From an uncultured Actinomycetes bacterium (GTDB taxonomy: Bacteria; Actinomycetota; Thermoleophilia; Gaiellales; JAICJC01), in assembly GCA_963701125.1 (NCBI GenBank), contig OY969568.1:2895504-2959503 (forward strand): a DNA stretch of 64,000 bases, in the 5' to 3' direction. Position numbers and translations under genes: made by a program. Shown one piece after another: positions 27,098 through 37,248 of the stretch. Numbering within the stretch: position 1 is the first letter of the stretch; every line of letters starts with the position of its first letter. The notes beneath the pieces are model-generated. The model was not told the DNA's origin, did not search any database, and saw only the letters and a program-made list of their open reading frames with translations.

Positions 27098-27384
27098 GAG
27101 CGACCGTCACCGGCGCCGTCTGGGCGACCAAGCGCGATCGAGAACATCCCCGGCGGCGCCTTCCTCGAGGTCGAGGTGGACGGCGGCGGCGGGCGTGTCG
27201 TCGCCTTCGACGTGCTCGGCAGCGGCATCGGCGAGCGCGTGCTGGTTGCAACCGGCTCGGTCGCAAGCGGCTGGTTCGGCGACGTGCACCCCCCATCGAC
27301 GCTCTGATCATCGGATCCATCGACGAGCCCGCCGCGGCCGCACCGGCCCCGGCGCAAGCGCCTCCGCCGCACGGCGGGGCATGA
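27091..27384 (+). pseudogene. BMC-P pentamer/vertex protein (EutN/CcmL family), internal segment out of frame (compensating +1 near 27136 and -1 near 27290)
   Basis: [15 protein letters not shown]|[51 protein letters not shown]|[12 protein letters not shown]. The first and last parts are in the frame of track ORF 25897..27384, the middle is in frame +1. Confidence 0.8.
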
Positions 27385-27399
27385 ACCAAGGAGAGACGC

Positions 27400-27677
<278 letters not shown>

Positions 27678-27678
<1 letters not shown>

Positions 27679-28336
27679 TGCCCGACACGTCGACCGATAT
27701 CGCGGTGCAGCTGCGGGTGTACCTGCCGATCCCGAGCCTGGGCCGGCAGTTCGCCGCGTACCTGGGCACGCCCACGCGTGCCCGCGGCTACCCGCCGATC
27801 GAGGGCGACCACGCGCTGATCGTCGAGGTGGCGCCGGCGCTCGCGATCGAGCGCGTCACCGACCTCGCGCTGCGATCGGTGCCCGAGATCGAGCCGGGCA
27901 TCCTCTACGTCGAGCGCCAGTTCGGCGTGCTCGAGGTGCACCACCGCGACAAGGCGCTGGTCGACCGGGCCGGCGCGGCGATCCTCGAGGGCATCGGCGC
28001 GAAGCCCGCGGACGCCGCTGCGGCCACGTATCCTCTACGCCGACGTGATCGAGGACATCACCGACCAGCACGCCGTGATCATCAACCGCAACCGCGAGGC
28101 GTCGATGGTGCTGCCGGGCGAGACGCTGCTCGTCTACGAGGTGGTGCCGGCGCTGCTTCGCCGCCGTCGCGGCGAACGCCGCCGAGCGGGCGGCGCCCGA
28201 CGCCACGCTCGTCGACGGTCGTCGATGATCGGCGCGGCGGGGCGGATCTACATGAGCGGCGCCGACCGAGAGCGTCGTGCGGGCCCGCGACGAGATCACC
28301 GAGGTGCTCGCGTCGGTGGAGGGCCGTGAGCACTGA
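27678..28336 (+). pseudogene. tandem BMC-domain shell protein (BMC-T-like) paralogue 2, frame-disrupted (~4 shifts)
   Basis: LIVEVAPALAIERVTDLALRSVPEIEPGILYVERQFGVLEVH|LRPRILYADVIEDITDQHAVIINRNREASMVLPGETLLVYEVVPALL|AAVAANAAERAAPDATLVD..|MIGAAGRIYMSGAD|ESVVRARDEITEVLASVEGREH*. TAGTG junction with the BMC-H gene. Confidence 0.7.
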
Positions 28337-29318
28337 TCAGGCGGGCGATCGACCGCCTGGCCGCCGCGGCGCTCCGAAGCTACGCGCTCGACCCCGGCCG
28401 CCGGCGTTCGCCTGATCAACGTGTCCGAGAACTGGACGTACCGCGTCGAGGAGCCCGGGTGGGCGCGCGTTCGCGCTGCGGGTGCACCGCCCGACCTACC
28501 ACACCGCCGCCGAGATCGCGTCCGAGCTCGACTGGATCGACGCGCTGCGCGAGGACGGCGTCGTCGAGACGGCGATTGCCGTCGAAGGCACCGCCGGCTC
28601 GCGGGTGTGCCAGGTCGCGCACCGACGAGCTGGGCGAGCGAAACGTCGTGCTCTTCGACTGGCTCGACGGCGACATGCCCGACGCCGATGCCCACGACCT
28701 GATGCCCGGATTCCGCACGCTCGGCGCCGTGTCGGCGCGCATGCACGGACACGCCCGCGCATGGACACCGCCGCCGGGCTTCGCGCGCTTCCGCTGGGAC
28801 TACGCGACGACGCTCGGCGCTGAGGGCCACTGGGGCCGGTGGCAGGACGGCCTGGGCATGGGCGCCGCGGAGCTCGACGCTGCTCGGACGCCTCGACGAC
28901 ACGCTGCGGCGGCGCCTCGAGGCCTACGGCCAGGGCCGCGAGCGGTTCGGGCTCGTGCATGCCGACATCCGGCTCGCCAACCTGCTCGTCGTCGGGCGAG
29001 CACGTGCGCGTGATCGACTTCGACGACTGCGGCTGGTCGTGGTTCATGTACGACTTCGCGACGACCGTGTCGTTCATCGAGGACCACCCCGACGTGCCGC
29101 GGCTGAAGGCGGCCTGGGTGGACGGCTACCGGTCGGTGGCGGAGCTCGATCCCGCCGACGAGGCCGAGCTCGACTCGTTCGTGATGCTGCGCCGGCTGCT
29201 GCTCGTCGCCTGGATCGGCTCGCACCACCAGTTCGCGACCGAGGCAGCCGAGCTCGGCGCCGGGTTCACGGAGGGCACGTGCGCGCTGGCCGAGGCGTAC
29301 CTGTCCGAGTACGCCTGA
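28326..29318 (+). pseudogene. aminoglycoside-phosphotransferase-fold kinase (RMM-type amino-alcohol kinase candidate), frame-disrupted (6 consecutive +1 shifts)
   Basis: VSTDQA|IDRLAAAALRSYALD|PAAGVRLINVSENWTYRVEEPG|RAFALRVHRPTYHTAAEIASELDWIDAL...|DELGERNVVLFDWLDG...FRWDY...|[35 protein letters not shown]|[22 protein letters not shown]... HxD...N and IDFDD are kinase catalytic motifs. Confidence 0.8.
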
Positions 29319-29323
29319 GGCGG

Positions 29324-29686
29324 CTACTTGATGTTGACGACGAGCTGCAGGAGGCCGGCGTGGGGCACGTGGATCACCCGCGGAACCGGCTGGATCGACC
29401 GCATGTTCGCCTGCGGGCCGCCGGACGTGATCATCACGCGGTATATCCCCGGTGGGACGTCGAACGCAAAGCGTCCGTTCGGACCGGTGCGCACCGTGGC
29501 CGACTCGTCCGTGCCTTTGAAGCGCAGGTGGACGCCGCCGAGTACAACGCCCCCGCCTGGCAGCGGGCCGCCCAGACGCACGAGTTGTCCGTGCGTTCGG
29601 GAGAGGTGGGGCGCCGATCCGCCGCCGCAGCCGGACACGACGAGCGCGACGAGCAGCGCAGCTGCACGCAACCAATTCACGTCCAT
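29324..29686 (-). CDS. lipoprotein with carboxypeptidase-regulatory-like beta-sandwich
   Basis: 120 aa. Lipobox [24 protein letters not shown] motif, typical of CarboxypepD_reg-like domains. Antisense to the surrounding BMC genes. Confidence 0.6.
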   Translation of the reverse strand: MDVNWLRAAALLVALVVSGCGGGSAPHLSRTHGQLVRLGGPLPGGGVVLGGVHLRFKGTDESATVRTGPNGRFAFDVPPGIYRVMITSGGPQANMRSIQPVPRVIHVPHAGLLQLVVNIK

Positions 29687-29740
29687 TGGACCGTAGAATG
29701 GGCCGCCCGGTTCCCGCCGGCAGCCACGCACGAGGAGGAG

Positions 29741-30526
29741 ATGATGTTCACCCCACTCACCGGTCGCACCGTTCTCGTCACCGGCGGCACCAAGGGCATC
29801 GGCAAGGGCATCGCCGGTGAGTTCGCGGCGGCGGGCTGCAACGTGGCCCTGAACGGCCGCGGCGGGGACGCCGGCGAGGTCGCCGTGCGCGATCTCTCCG
29901 CCCGCGGCGGCAAGGTGTCGTTCGTGAAGGGCGACGTCGCCAGGGCCGAGGACTGCGAGCGGATCGCGGCCGAGGTGGCATCGCGCTACGGCGGCATCGA
30001 CATCGTGTGCGCGAACGCCGGCGTCTTCCCCGACGTGAAGCTCGCCGACATGACCGAGGACGACATCGACTCGATCTTCGCGACGAACGTGAAGGGCACG
30101 ATGCTGACCGTCAAGGCATGCCTGCCCTACCTGGAGGCGTCCGGCCACGGCCGCGTGATCCTGACGAGCTCGATCACCGGGCCCATCACCGGCTTTCCGG
30201 GCTGGTCGCACTACGGCGCGACCAAGGCGGCGCAGCTCGGCTTCCTGCGCACCGCCTGCATCGAGCTCGCTCCGAAGCGGATCACGGTCAACGCGGTGCT
30301 GCCGGGGAACGTCGAGTCCGAGGGCATGGACGAGCTCGGCCCCGAATATCGGGCGTCGATGGAAGCCTCGATCCCGCTCGGCCGGCTCGGCTATCCGTCG
30401 GAGATCGGCGCGGCGGCGGTGTTCCTCGCGACCGACGAGGCGGGGTACATCACCGGCCAGACGATCGTCGTCGACGGCGGCCAGGTGCAGCCGGAGTCGG
30501 TGGCTGCGCTGCAGGCGGCGCAGTAG
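29741..30526 (+). CDS. short-chain dehydrogenase/reductase (candidate aminoacetone / 1-amino-2-propanol dehydrogenase)
   Basis: 261 aa. TGGTKGIG cofactor motif, NAG, catalytic S...YGATK. Intact. Its position matches the SDR of RMM loci. Confidence 0.9.
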   Translation: MMFTPLTGRTVLVTGGTKGIGKGIAGEFAAAGCNVALNGRGGDAGEVAVRDLSARGGKVSFVKGDVARAEDCERIAAEVASRYGGIDIVCANAGVFPDVKLADMTEDDIDSIFATNVKGTMLTVKACLPYLEASGHGRVILTSSITGPITGFPGWSHYGATKAAQLGFLRTACIELAPKRITVNAVLPGNVESEGMDELGPEYRASMEASIPLGRLGYPSEIGAAAVFLATDEAGYITGQTIVVDGGQVQPESVAALQAAQ

Positions 30527-30540
30527 AGGCGAGCGGCGCC

Positions 30541-31338
30541 GTGACCGAGCCTGTCCCCGGCCTGCCGGCCGCGTTCGCGCCCCTCGGGCCGTCCGCGTCG
30601 GCGCTGCGCGACCGGCTGCTCGCGACGATCGCGGGCGGCGAGCCCGGCCCGGGCGAGCGTCTCGGCGCCGAGCGCGAACTGGCCGCCCGGCTCGGGGTGA
30701 GTCGATCGACACTGCGTTCGGCGCTCGACGCGCTCGAGACGGCAGGCATCGTTCGGCGCGTGCGCGGACGCTCGGGCGGCATCTTCGTCTCGGAGCGGCG
30801 GGTCGAGCGCGACCTGACGAGCCTCACCGGCCTGCCGGCATATCTGCGCCGCCAGGGCTTCCAGTCGGGCGCGCGCGTGCTCTCGACGGCCACGGTGGGG
30901 GCCGACGCCGAGACGGCCGCCGCGCTCGGCGTGCCGGAGGGCTCGCTCGTGCTCGAGGTCGTGCGCGTGCGCCTCGCAGACGAGCAGCCGATCTCGCTCG
31001 AGCGGGCGCGCTTTCCCGCCGACCGCTTCCCCGGCCTGCTCGACCAGTCGCTCGCCGGATCGCTGTATGACCTGCTCGAGAGCGGCTACGGCCTGCGTCC
31101 GAGCGAGGCCGAGGAGCGGGTCGAGGTGGTCGGCGCCACGGCGGCCGAGGCGCGCGTGCTCGAGGTGCGCGCCGGCGACCCGCTGGTCGCGATCGTCCGC
31201 ACGGCGTGGTCGGAGGACGGGCGCGCATTCGAGCGCTCGCACGACCTCTTCCGGGCCGACCGCGTCCGCATCGTCACGCGCGTGCGCACGCGCGACCCCT
31301 CGGCGCTCGGAAACTCGGTCGAGGTGGTCGGGGTCTAG
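30541..31338 (+). CDS. GntR family transcriptional regulator, HutC subfamily (wHTH + UTRA)
   Basis: ERLGAERELAARLGVSRSTLRSALDALETAGIVRRVRGRSGGIFV wHTH. C-terminal UTRA-like region. Intact. Confidence 0.9.
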   Translation: MTEPVPGLPAAFAPLGPSASALRDRLLATIAGGEPGPGERLGAERELAARLGVSRSTLRSALDALETAGIVRRVRGRSGGIFVSERRVERDLTSLTGLPAYLRRQGFQSGARVLSTATVGADAETAAALGVPEGSLVLEVVRVRLADEQPISLERARFPADRFPGLLDQSLAGSLYDLLESGYGLRPSEAEERVEVVGATAAEARVLEVRAGDPLVAIVRTAWSEDGRAFERSHDLFRADRVRIVTRVRTRDPSALGNSVEVVGV

Positions 31339-31340
31339 GT

Positions 31341-31377
31341 GCGTGCATAAAACGGGCCTGGCCCGTTTTATGCACGC
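31341..31377. terminator. bidirectional intrinsic terminator (17-bp perfect stem, CTG loop)
   Basis: GCGTGCATAAAACGGGC-CTG-GCCCGTTTTATGCACGC, read and base-paired by hand, 3 nt after the GntR stop. T-runs follow the GC core on both strands. Confidence 0.8.
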
Positions 31378-31537
31378 GGACGCCTAGTCGGGCCGCGTGC
31401 GCTGCCAGGCGCCGTTCGCCCGCGAGACGCAGCACGAGCCGCCGACGCGGCAGATCGCCCGGTCGAGCGCGCGCAGCAGGCGGATGACGGTCGCCACAGC
31501 CAAACCGTAGCCCAGGTGCCATACTCTCGCGAAGCCG

Positions 31538-32491
31538 ATGGCCGAGCACCTGATCACGCGCGACGCCCCCACCCACCGCCGCTGGGACGTGGACATCGAG
31601 CCGGTGGTGCGCATCCGGTCGGGCGACACGGTCACCGCCGAGACCGACGACTTCGCCGGCGGCCAGGTCACGCGCGACTCGACCGCCGCAGACCTGCCCG
31701 ACCTGGACTTCGGCATGATCTACCCGCTGGCCGGGCCGATCCACGTCGAGGGCGCCGAGCCGGGCGACGCCTGGCGATCGAGTTCCTCGAGTTCGAGCTG
31801 CCGGAGTGGGGGTGGGCATGCATCATCCCGGGGTTCGGCCTGCTGCCCGCCGGGCGAGTTCACCGAGCCGTACATCAAGTTCTTCGACCTGACCGGCGGC
31901 AGCACGATGGCGTTCGCGCCGGGCGTGCGGCTGCCGATCGAGCCGTTCTGCGGCACGACCGGGGTGCCGGGCGCAGGGATGCACGGCGTGCCGATCCCGC
32001 CGCCGCACGCCGGCGGCGGCAACATCGACCTGCGCCATCTCACCAGGGGCACGACGCTCTACCTGCCGGTCGGAGTCCCCGGCGCGCTGGTCTCGCTCGG
32101 CGACGCCCACGCAGCCCAGGGCGACGGCGAGGTGGCGATCTCCGGCGTCGAGTGCGCCATGCGCACGACGATGCGCATCTCGGTCGCGCGGGGCATGCAC
32201 CTGCGCGCCCCCGCGCTTCGGCGGCCTGCCGGCTCGCTCACGCCGCGGGTCGACGGCGGCGGCTGGTTCGCGACGACCGGCGTCGAGCCCGATCTGATGG
32301 AGGCGGCCCGCTCGGCGGTGCGCGCGATGATCGAGCATCTCGTCGCCGAGCGCGGTCTTTCACGTGACGACGCGTACATGTTCTGCTCCCTCGCGGGCGA
32401 TCTGAAGATCACCGAGGTCGTGGATGCGCCAAACTGGATCGTCGGCTGCTTCATGCCCGACGCGGTGTTCACCGACGAGGAGGACGGCTGA
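31538..32491 (+). CDS. acetamidase/formamidase family amidohydrolase; ORF open, but ~28 internal codons appear out of frame (compensating -1 near 31768 and +1 near 31852)
   Basis: 317 aa. FmdA/AmdA-like motifs (GPI.V.GAEPGD ... GGN.D ... LGDAHAAQGDGEV). The segment read as WRSSSSSSSCRSGGGHASSRGSACCPP reads as LAIEFLEFELPEWGWACIIPGFGLLPA in the neighbouring frame. Confidence 0.8.
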   Translation: MAEHLITRDAPTHRRWDVDIEPVVRIRSGDTVTAETDDFAGGQVTRDSTAADLPDLDFGMIYPLAGPIHVEGAEPGDAWRSSSSSSSCRSGGGHASSRGSACCPPGEFTEPYIKFFDLTGGSTMAFAPGVRLPIEPFCGTTGVPGAGMHGVPIPPPHAGGGNIDLRHLTRGTTLYLPVGVPGALVSLGDAHAAQGDGEVAISGVECAMRTTMRISVARGMHLRAPALRRPAGSLTPRVDGGGWFATTGVEPDLMEAARSAVRAMIEHLVAERGLSRDDAYMFCSLAGDLKITEVVDAPNWIVGCFMPDAVFTDEEDG

Positions 32492-32938
32492 TGCACGAGC
32501 TTCAGATGCGCGAGTCCCTTGAGCGGCTGGCAGAGACCGACGGCGGCAGGCGGCTGCTGCAGCTCTCGCTGCGCAGCATCGAGGCCGGCGACCACGACCT
32601 GGTGTCGGGCTGCTGGACGCGCAAGGGCGACGCGGGCTGCCTGTTCCAGCACGCCTACTGGCAGGGCGTCGCCGACGGCGTCTTCGCCGACGACGGCCGC
32701 GCCCGCGACTGGGTGAGCGGCGTCGCCGGGCCGCAGGCCTTCCACCGCGTGATCGACGTGATCGCGGCGTTCGACCGGCTCGCCCGGGCCGAGTATGCGG
32801 TCGGCAAGCGCCGGTTCGGGCCGCCCGAGCTCGATCAGGCAGCGCTGGCGCGAGCACGTCGCGGCGCTGCTGGTCGAGGTGCTCGGCGGCAGCGGCGACC
32901 GCGCGGCGGTCGGCGCGGTGCCTGCGTTGACGGCGTAG
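32491..32938 (+). pseudogene. hypothetical protein, probable +1 shift near 32843
   Basis: TGATG junction with the amidase gene. MHELQMRESLERLAETDGG...AFDRLARAEYAVGKRRFGPPELDQAA, then the plausible continuation WREHVAALLVEVLGGSGDRAAVGAVPALTA* in the next frame. No family recognised. Confidence 0.4.
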
Positions 32939-32996
32939 ATCGCTCCCAGGGCTTGACCTGGCCGCGCCGTAAATGGTACAAACGGCGCGAGCAACC

Positions 32997-33005
32997 TGTC
33001 TGACA
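32997..33005. promoter_or_regulatory. palindrome TGTCTGACA upstream of the permease gene (candidate operator)
   Basis: Perfect 9-nt palindrome. Followed at 33021-33032 by TGTC-CCGA-GACA. A TTGACC ... TGGTACAAA promoter-like pair lies at ~32953-32982. Confidence 0.3.
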
Positions 33006-33051
33006 ACTTCGGGATCCAATCTGTCCCGAGACACCTGAGGGAGGTGGTCGA

Positions 33052-34638
33052 ATGAGCAGTGAAGGCGGCGGCATGCACGAGCATCACGAGGGCATGCTTC
33101 CCGTGGTCGATAGCGTCGATGTCTCGACTCGCACAGACGTGCACAAGCTGCACGGCGGCGCTGTGGGCCTTTGGGGGGTGCTGTTCCTCACGGTCACGGG
33201 GTCCGCCCCGATCTCGGCGATGCTCTTCAACACCCCCATCTCGATGGGATACGGGAACGGCATCGGCACGCCTGCGGGCTTCCTCGTCGCCACGGTCGTT
33301 CTCACGATCTTCTCGGTCGGGTACGTCGCCATGTCACGCAAGGTGACCGCCGCCGGCGGCTTCTACAGCTTCATCAGCCACGGCCTCGGGCGCGAGCTGG
33401 GAATGGCGTCCGGCCTTGCCATGGTGGCCGCATACTCCGTGTTCGAGGTATCGCTGGTCGGCGGCTTCTCGTACTTCGCGACGTTGAAGCTGGCCCAGTA
33501 CGGCTATCACGTGTCCTGGTACTGGCCCGGCCTCTTCATGATCGGGCTGATCTCGGTGCTCGCCTTCTTCGACGTGCACATCTCGGCCCGCGCCCTCGGC
33601 ATCGCGCTGATCGGCGAGATCATCCTGCTGGTGATCTTCGACGCGGTCGTGTTCGGCCATGGCGGCAGCAACATCCAGGCCGGCGCGATCAACCCGATCA
33701 ACGCGTTCAAGGGCCTCGGCGCGAGCGGTCACGGAGGCTCGGCGGTCGCCGCCGGCGCAGCCGGGATCGGCATCTTCTTCGCCTTCTGGTCGTGGGTCGG
33801 CTTCGAGATGGCCCCGAACTACGGCGAGGAGTCGAAGAACCCCAAGAAGATCGTGCCACGGGCCATGTACATCTCCGTGATCGGCCTGGGGATCTTCTAC
33901 ACGATCACCTCTTGGGCGGCGATCTCCGGGTATGCCAGCACCGCCGCGGCGGCGCACATCGCCCAGACCGACGGGGCCGACTTCTTCTTCATTCCCGCCA
34001 GGCAGTTCGGGAACGAGTTCCTGAAGGACGCCCTGAGCTACTTCATCATCACCGGGTCGTTCGCCTGCGGCATGGCGTTCCACAACACGACCGCGCGCTA
34101 CTTCTACTCGCTGGGACGCGAGGGCGTGCTGCCGCGATCGCTGGGGCGGACGCACGAGCGGCACCGCAGCCCGCACATCGCGTCGATCACCCAGTCGGTG
34201 ATCGCCGTCCTGATCGTGGTCGCCTTCGTGGCCTTCGCCCATGTGGCGAAGGGCTCGAACGCCGCCAACGACGTCGCCTACCTGCAGGTGTACGGACTGA
34301 TGGCGGTGATGGGAGTGGTCTCGATCCTGGCGATTCAGGCTCTCGTCTCGATCGCGATCCTGAACTACTTCCGGACGCACCACGCCGCCGACCACCACTG
34401 GTGGACGACGCTCACTGCGCCGATCATCGCTGCGGTGACGCAGCTGTATGTGCTCTACCTGGCGATCGACAACCTCAGCTTCCTCGGTGCCGGCTACTCG
34501 TACGCCAAGTGGCTCGTGTGGGGAGACGTGGTCATCTTCGCCGGCGGCTCGGTCTACGCCTTCTATCTGAAGTCAAGCAACCGGGCCAAGTACGAGACCA
34601 TCGGCCGCATGATCAACGAAGGTCTCGACCACGCCTGA
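33052..34638 (+). CDS. APC-superfamily amino acid/amine permease
   Basis: 528 aa, about 12-13 TM, GSAPIS..., F.SW.GFE motifs. Intact. A permease is a standard RMM-locus component. Confidence 0.9.
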   Translation: MSSEGGGMHEHHEGMLPVVDSVDVSTRTDVHKLHGGAVGLWGVLFLTVTGSAPISAMLFNTPISMGYGNGIGTPAGFLVATVVLTIFSVGYVAMSRKVTAAGGFYSFISHGLGRELGMASGLAMVAAYSVFEVSLVGGFSYFATLKLAQYGYHVSWYWPGLFMIGLISVLAFFDVHISARALGIALIGEIILLVIFDAVVFGHGGSNIQAGAINPINAFKGLGASGHGGSAVAAGAAGIGIFFAFWSWVGFEMAPNYGEESKNPKKIVPRAMYISVIGLGIFYTITSWAAISGYASTAAAAHIAQTDGADFFFIPARQFGNEFLKDALSYFIITGSFACGMAFHNTTARYFYSLGREGVLPRSLGRTHERHRSPHIASITQSVIAVLIVVAFVAFAHVAKGSNAANDVAYLQVYGLMAVMGVVSILAIQALVSIAILNYFRTHHAADHHWWTTLTAPIIAAVTQLYVLYLAIDNLSFLGAGYSYAKWLVWGDVVIFAGGSVYAFYLKSSNRAKYETIGRMINEGLDHA

Positions 34639-34677
34639 GCGGTAACCGCCACGCGGCGGTGGTGCGGGGCCTCGGCC

Positions 34678-35350
34678 CTACGCCACCGCCGCAGCGGCGT
34701 CGAGCGCGCAGCGCAGCTGCTCGTCGAGCGGGGCGCCGGCGACGAGCTTGCCGTCGAGGGCGGCGGTGCCGATCGTGAAGGCCCACACGCCGCGCTCCGC
34801 CAGGGCCTGGATGCGCGCCGGCGAGTCGACCGATCCGGCCGCGATGACCGGGAGCGACGTGGCCGAGACCACGGCCTCGACAAGGGCGTCGACGTCGCCG
34901 TCATAGCGGTAGGCGAGCAGATTGATGCCGTCGACGCCCAGGCTCTCGGCCCGGCGGGCGTCGTCGGCGATCTGCGTCGATCGACCCCCGCAGCAGGCAC
35001 GGGTGGTCGACGATCTGGCCGACGTAGGGGAAGAACTTGATCCCGGTGCCGGCGAGGATCTCCTGCACCGGCTCGATCAGCGTGCCGCCGATCAGGTAGT
35101 CGGGGCCGATCTCGGCGGCGACCCGGGCCGACTGGAGCGTCGCCTCGTGCGTCTCGGACACGACCTCGAGATGGCTGGTGTGGCCGCTTGCGCGGATGTC
35201 GTCCATGAGCGCGGCCAGCTCGTCGCGGGGCAGGCCCACGTCCTTGCAGCCGACGTGGCGCACGCCGCTCTCCGCGATCGACGCGTACACCTCGCGCGCG
35301 TCGGAGAGCGTGTTGTCGTCCCGCGTCAGCATGAAGATGAACTCGATCAC
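34678..35350 (-). pseudogene. TIM-barrel-like protein of unknown function, one +1 shift near 34975
   Basis: GGAGG plus GTG start. VIEFIFMLTRDDNTL...HVGCKDVG...HLEVVSE...FFPYVGQIVDHPCLLRG|STQIADDARRAESLGVDGINLLAYRYDGD...PVIAAGSVDSP..I.AL...GVWAFTIGTA. The alternating beta/alpha pattern is like NanE/ThiE-type barrels. Confidence 0.55.
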
Positions 35351-35363
35351 CACACCCTCCAAA

Positions 35364-35378
35364 AGTTGTAGGACAACT
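35364..35378. promoter_or_regulatory. inverted repeat AGTTGT-AGG-ACAACT (candidate GntR-type operator) in a divergent promoter region
   Basis: Read directly. Followed by the TATGAT -10-like hexamer (35382-35387) and a GGTCTGAC box (35400-35407). Lies between the starts at 35350 (-) and 35429 (+). Confidence 0.35.
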
Positions 35379-35428
35379 CGGTATGATAAAGGCTTCGAAG
35401 GTCTGACGTGCGACGAGGGAGGTCGGCG

Positions 35429-36490
35429 GTGCGAGCAGCGATCTGGGACGGCCCGGGCACGATGTCTCTGGGGTCGGTGCCTGACGCCGTCTGCCCCGAG
35501 GACGGCGCCCTCGTGCGGGTGACGGCGTGCGGGATCTGCGGCACGGACGTGCGCACGTTCTACAACGGCGACCGCCGCATCTCGCCGCCGTGGGTGCTCG
35601 GCCACGAGATCAGCGGCGAGCTGATCGAGATCGGCCCGCGCGCCGCCGACGAGGTGGGCGCGATCGGCCTTACGGCCGGCGACCTCGTCCACTGCATCTC
35701 GACGCTCTGGTGCGGTCGCTGCCGCCTGTGCCGAAGCGGCAACGAGCACCTGTGCGGCAACGGCGAGCCTGATGGGCTTCGACTATCAGGGCGCCTACGC
35801 CGAGCTCGTCGCCATCCCCCAGGTCGCGCTCAAGAACCTGTTTCGCGATCCCCGAGGGGCTCTCCGACGTCCACGCCACCTTCGCCGACCCGCTATCCGA
35901 CGCGATCTGCGGCCACAAGGACATCGCCATCGGCCTCGACGACACCGTCGCGGTGATCGGCGCCGGGCCGGTGGGGACGGCCCACGCGGCCATCGCCCGG
36001 CTCGAAGGCGCCGGCCGCGTGCTCCTGATCGAGACGGCCGCGCCGCGCCTCGAGCTCGCCCACGCGATCCTCGGCGACGACCGCATGGCCTACGTCGACA
36101 CGTCGGACGCCGACGGCATCGCCGCGGTGCGCGCGGCCACCGACGACATCGGCGCCGACGTCGTGATCGTGGCGTGCTCGAGCGACAAGGCCCAGGAGCA
36201 GGCGATGGAGATGGCCGCGCCGCGCGGGCGGGTGCTGTTCTTCGGCGGCCTCCCGAAGGGCACGACCCACATCAACTTCCCGTCGAACGTGCTGCACTAC
36301 CGCGAGGTGCAGGTGCACGGCTCCTACGCCTCGCGCCACCGCGACCAGGTGCACGCGCTCGACATGCTCGCCGCCGACATCGGCGGCATCCGGCGGCGTC
36401 GTCTCGGACGTCGTCGAGCTCGACGACGCGCCGGCGGCCTTCGGCCGGATCCGGGCGGGCGAGGTGCTCAAGGTCGTCGTCACGCCGTAG
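35429..36490 (+). pseudogene. zinc-dependent medium-chain alcohol/polyol dehydrogenase, frame-disrupted (3 +1 shifts: ~35768, ~35845, ~36390)
   Basis: VRAAIWDG...CGICGTDV...GHE.SGE...C..C..C..G..HLC.NGE|LMGFDYQGAYAELV...|...GLSDVHATFADPLS...VAVIGAGPVGTAH...|VVSDVVELDDAPAAFGRIRAGEVLKVVVTP*. Confidence 0.8.
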
Positions 36491-37248
36491 GACGGCGACT
36501 GCCTCGTCCGCCGCTCGCTGCGCCACTCGATCGCCGACGGGCTGCGCGAGCGGGTGGTGGCGGGCGAGTTTCGGCCTGGCGACCGGCTGCCCGGCGAGCC
36601 GGAGCTCGCCCGCAGCCTCGGCGTCTCGCGCAGCTCGCTGCGGGCGGCGATCACACTGCTCGAGGAGGACGGGCTGCGTGCGGCGGCTGCACGGGTCGGG
36701 CACCTACGTCACCGACCGCCCGCTCGCTGCGCAACGACCTCAGCCGCAACTTCGGCGTCTCGTCGATGATCGCCTCGATGGGGCTCGAGCCGGGCACGGT
36801 CGACGAGACCTGCGCCGCCGAGCCCGCGACGGCCGAGGTGGCGGCCGCCCTGGGCGTGCTCGACGGGCGACGCCGACGAGCGCCCTTCGGCGCGTGCGCA
36901 CTGCCGGCGGCCGGCGCGTCGTCGACCAGACCGACTGGTGCCGCGCCGACGTGCTCACCCCGGCGGCGATGGCCGAGGCGGCGGCCGGATCGGTGTACGC
37001 CGCGCTCGCACGAGCGCGGCCTCGCGGTGCACCACGGCGTCGCGACAATCTCGCCGGACATGGCGATGGGCGAGGTGGCGCGGCGCCTGGGCGTCCCCCG
37101 CGGGACGCTGCTGATGACGATGTGGCAGGTGGACTCGACGGCCGACGGCGCCGTGGTGCTCGTCTCGCGCGAGCACCACCTGGCGGACGCATTCGAGATC
37201 ACCGTCTACCGGCGCGGGCCGGGCGACGGGGGGGAGGACGAGCGATGA
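36491..37248 (+). pseudogene. GntR/HutC-type regulator (wHTH + UTRA), frame-disrupted (~5 +1 shifts); start not determined
   Basis: SLRHSIADGLRERVVAGEFRPGDRLPGEPELARSLGVSRSSLRAAITLLEEDGL|VRRLHGSGTYVTDRP|LRNDLSRNFGVSSMIASMGLEPGT...|...|LRRVRTAGGRRVVDQTDWCRADVL...|...GVATISPDMAMGEVARRLGVPRGTLLMTMWQVD. Confidence 0.7.

Noticed and set aside
31384-31537. Short minus-strand ORF (about 39-110 aa, ...LAVATVIRLLRALDRAICRVGGSCCVSRANGAWQRTRPD) between the terminator and the amidase gene.
   Set aside because: It has no convincing start or RBS, and its longer versions overlap the amidase gene. The region more plausibly holds the amidase promoter (CATACT about 12 nt upstream of the ATG).
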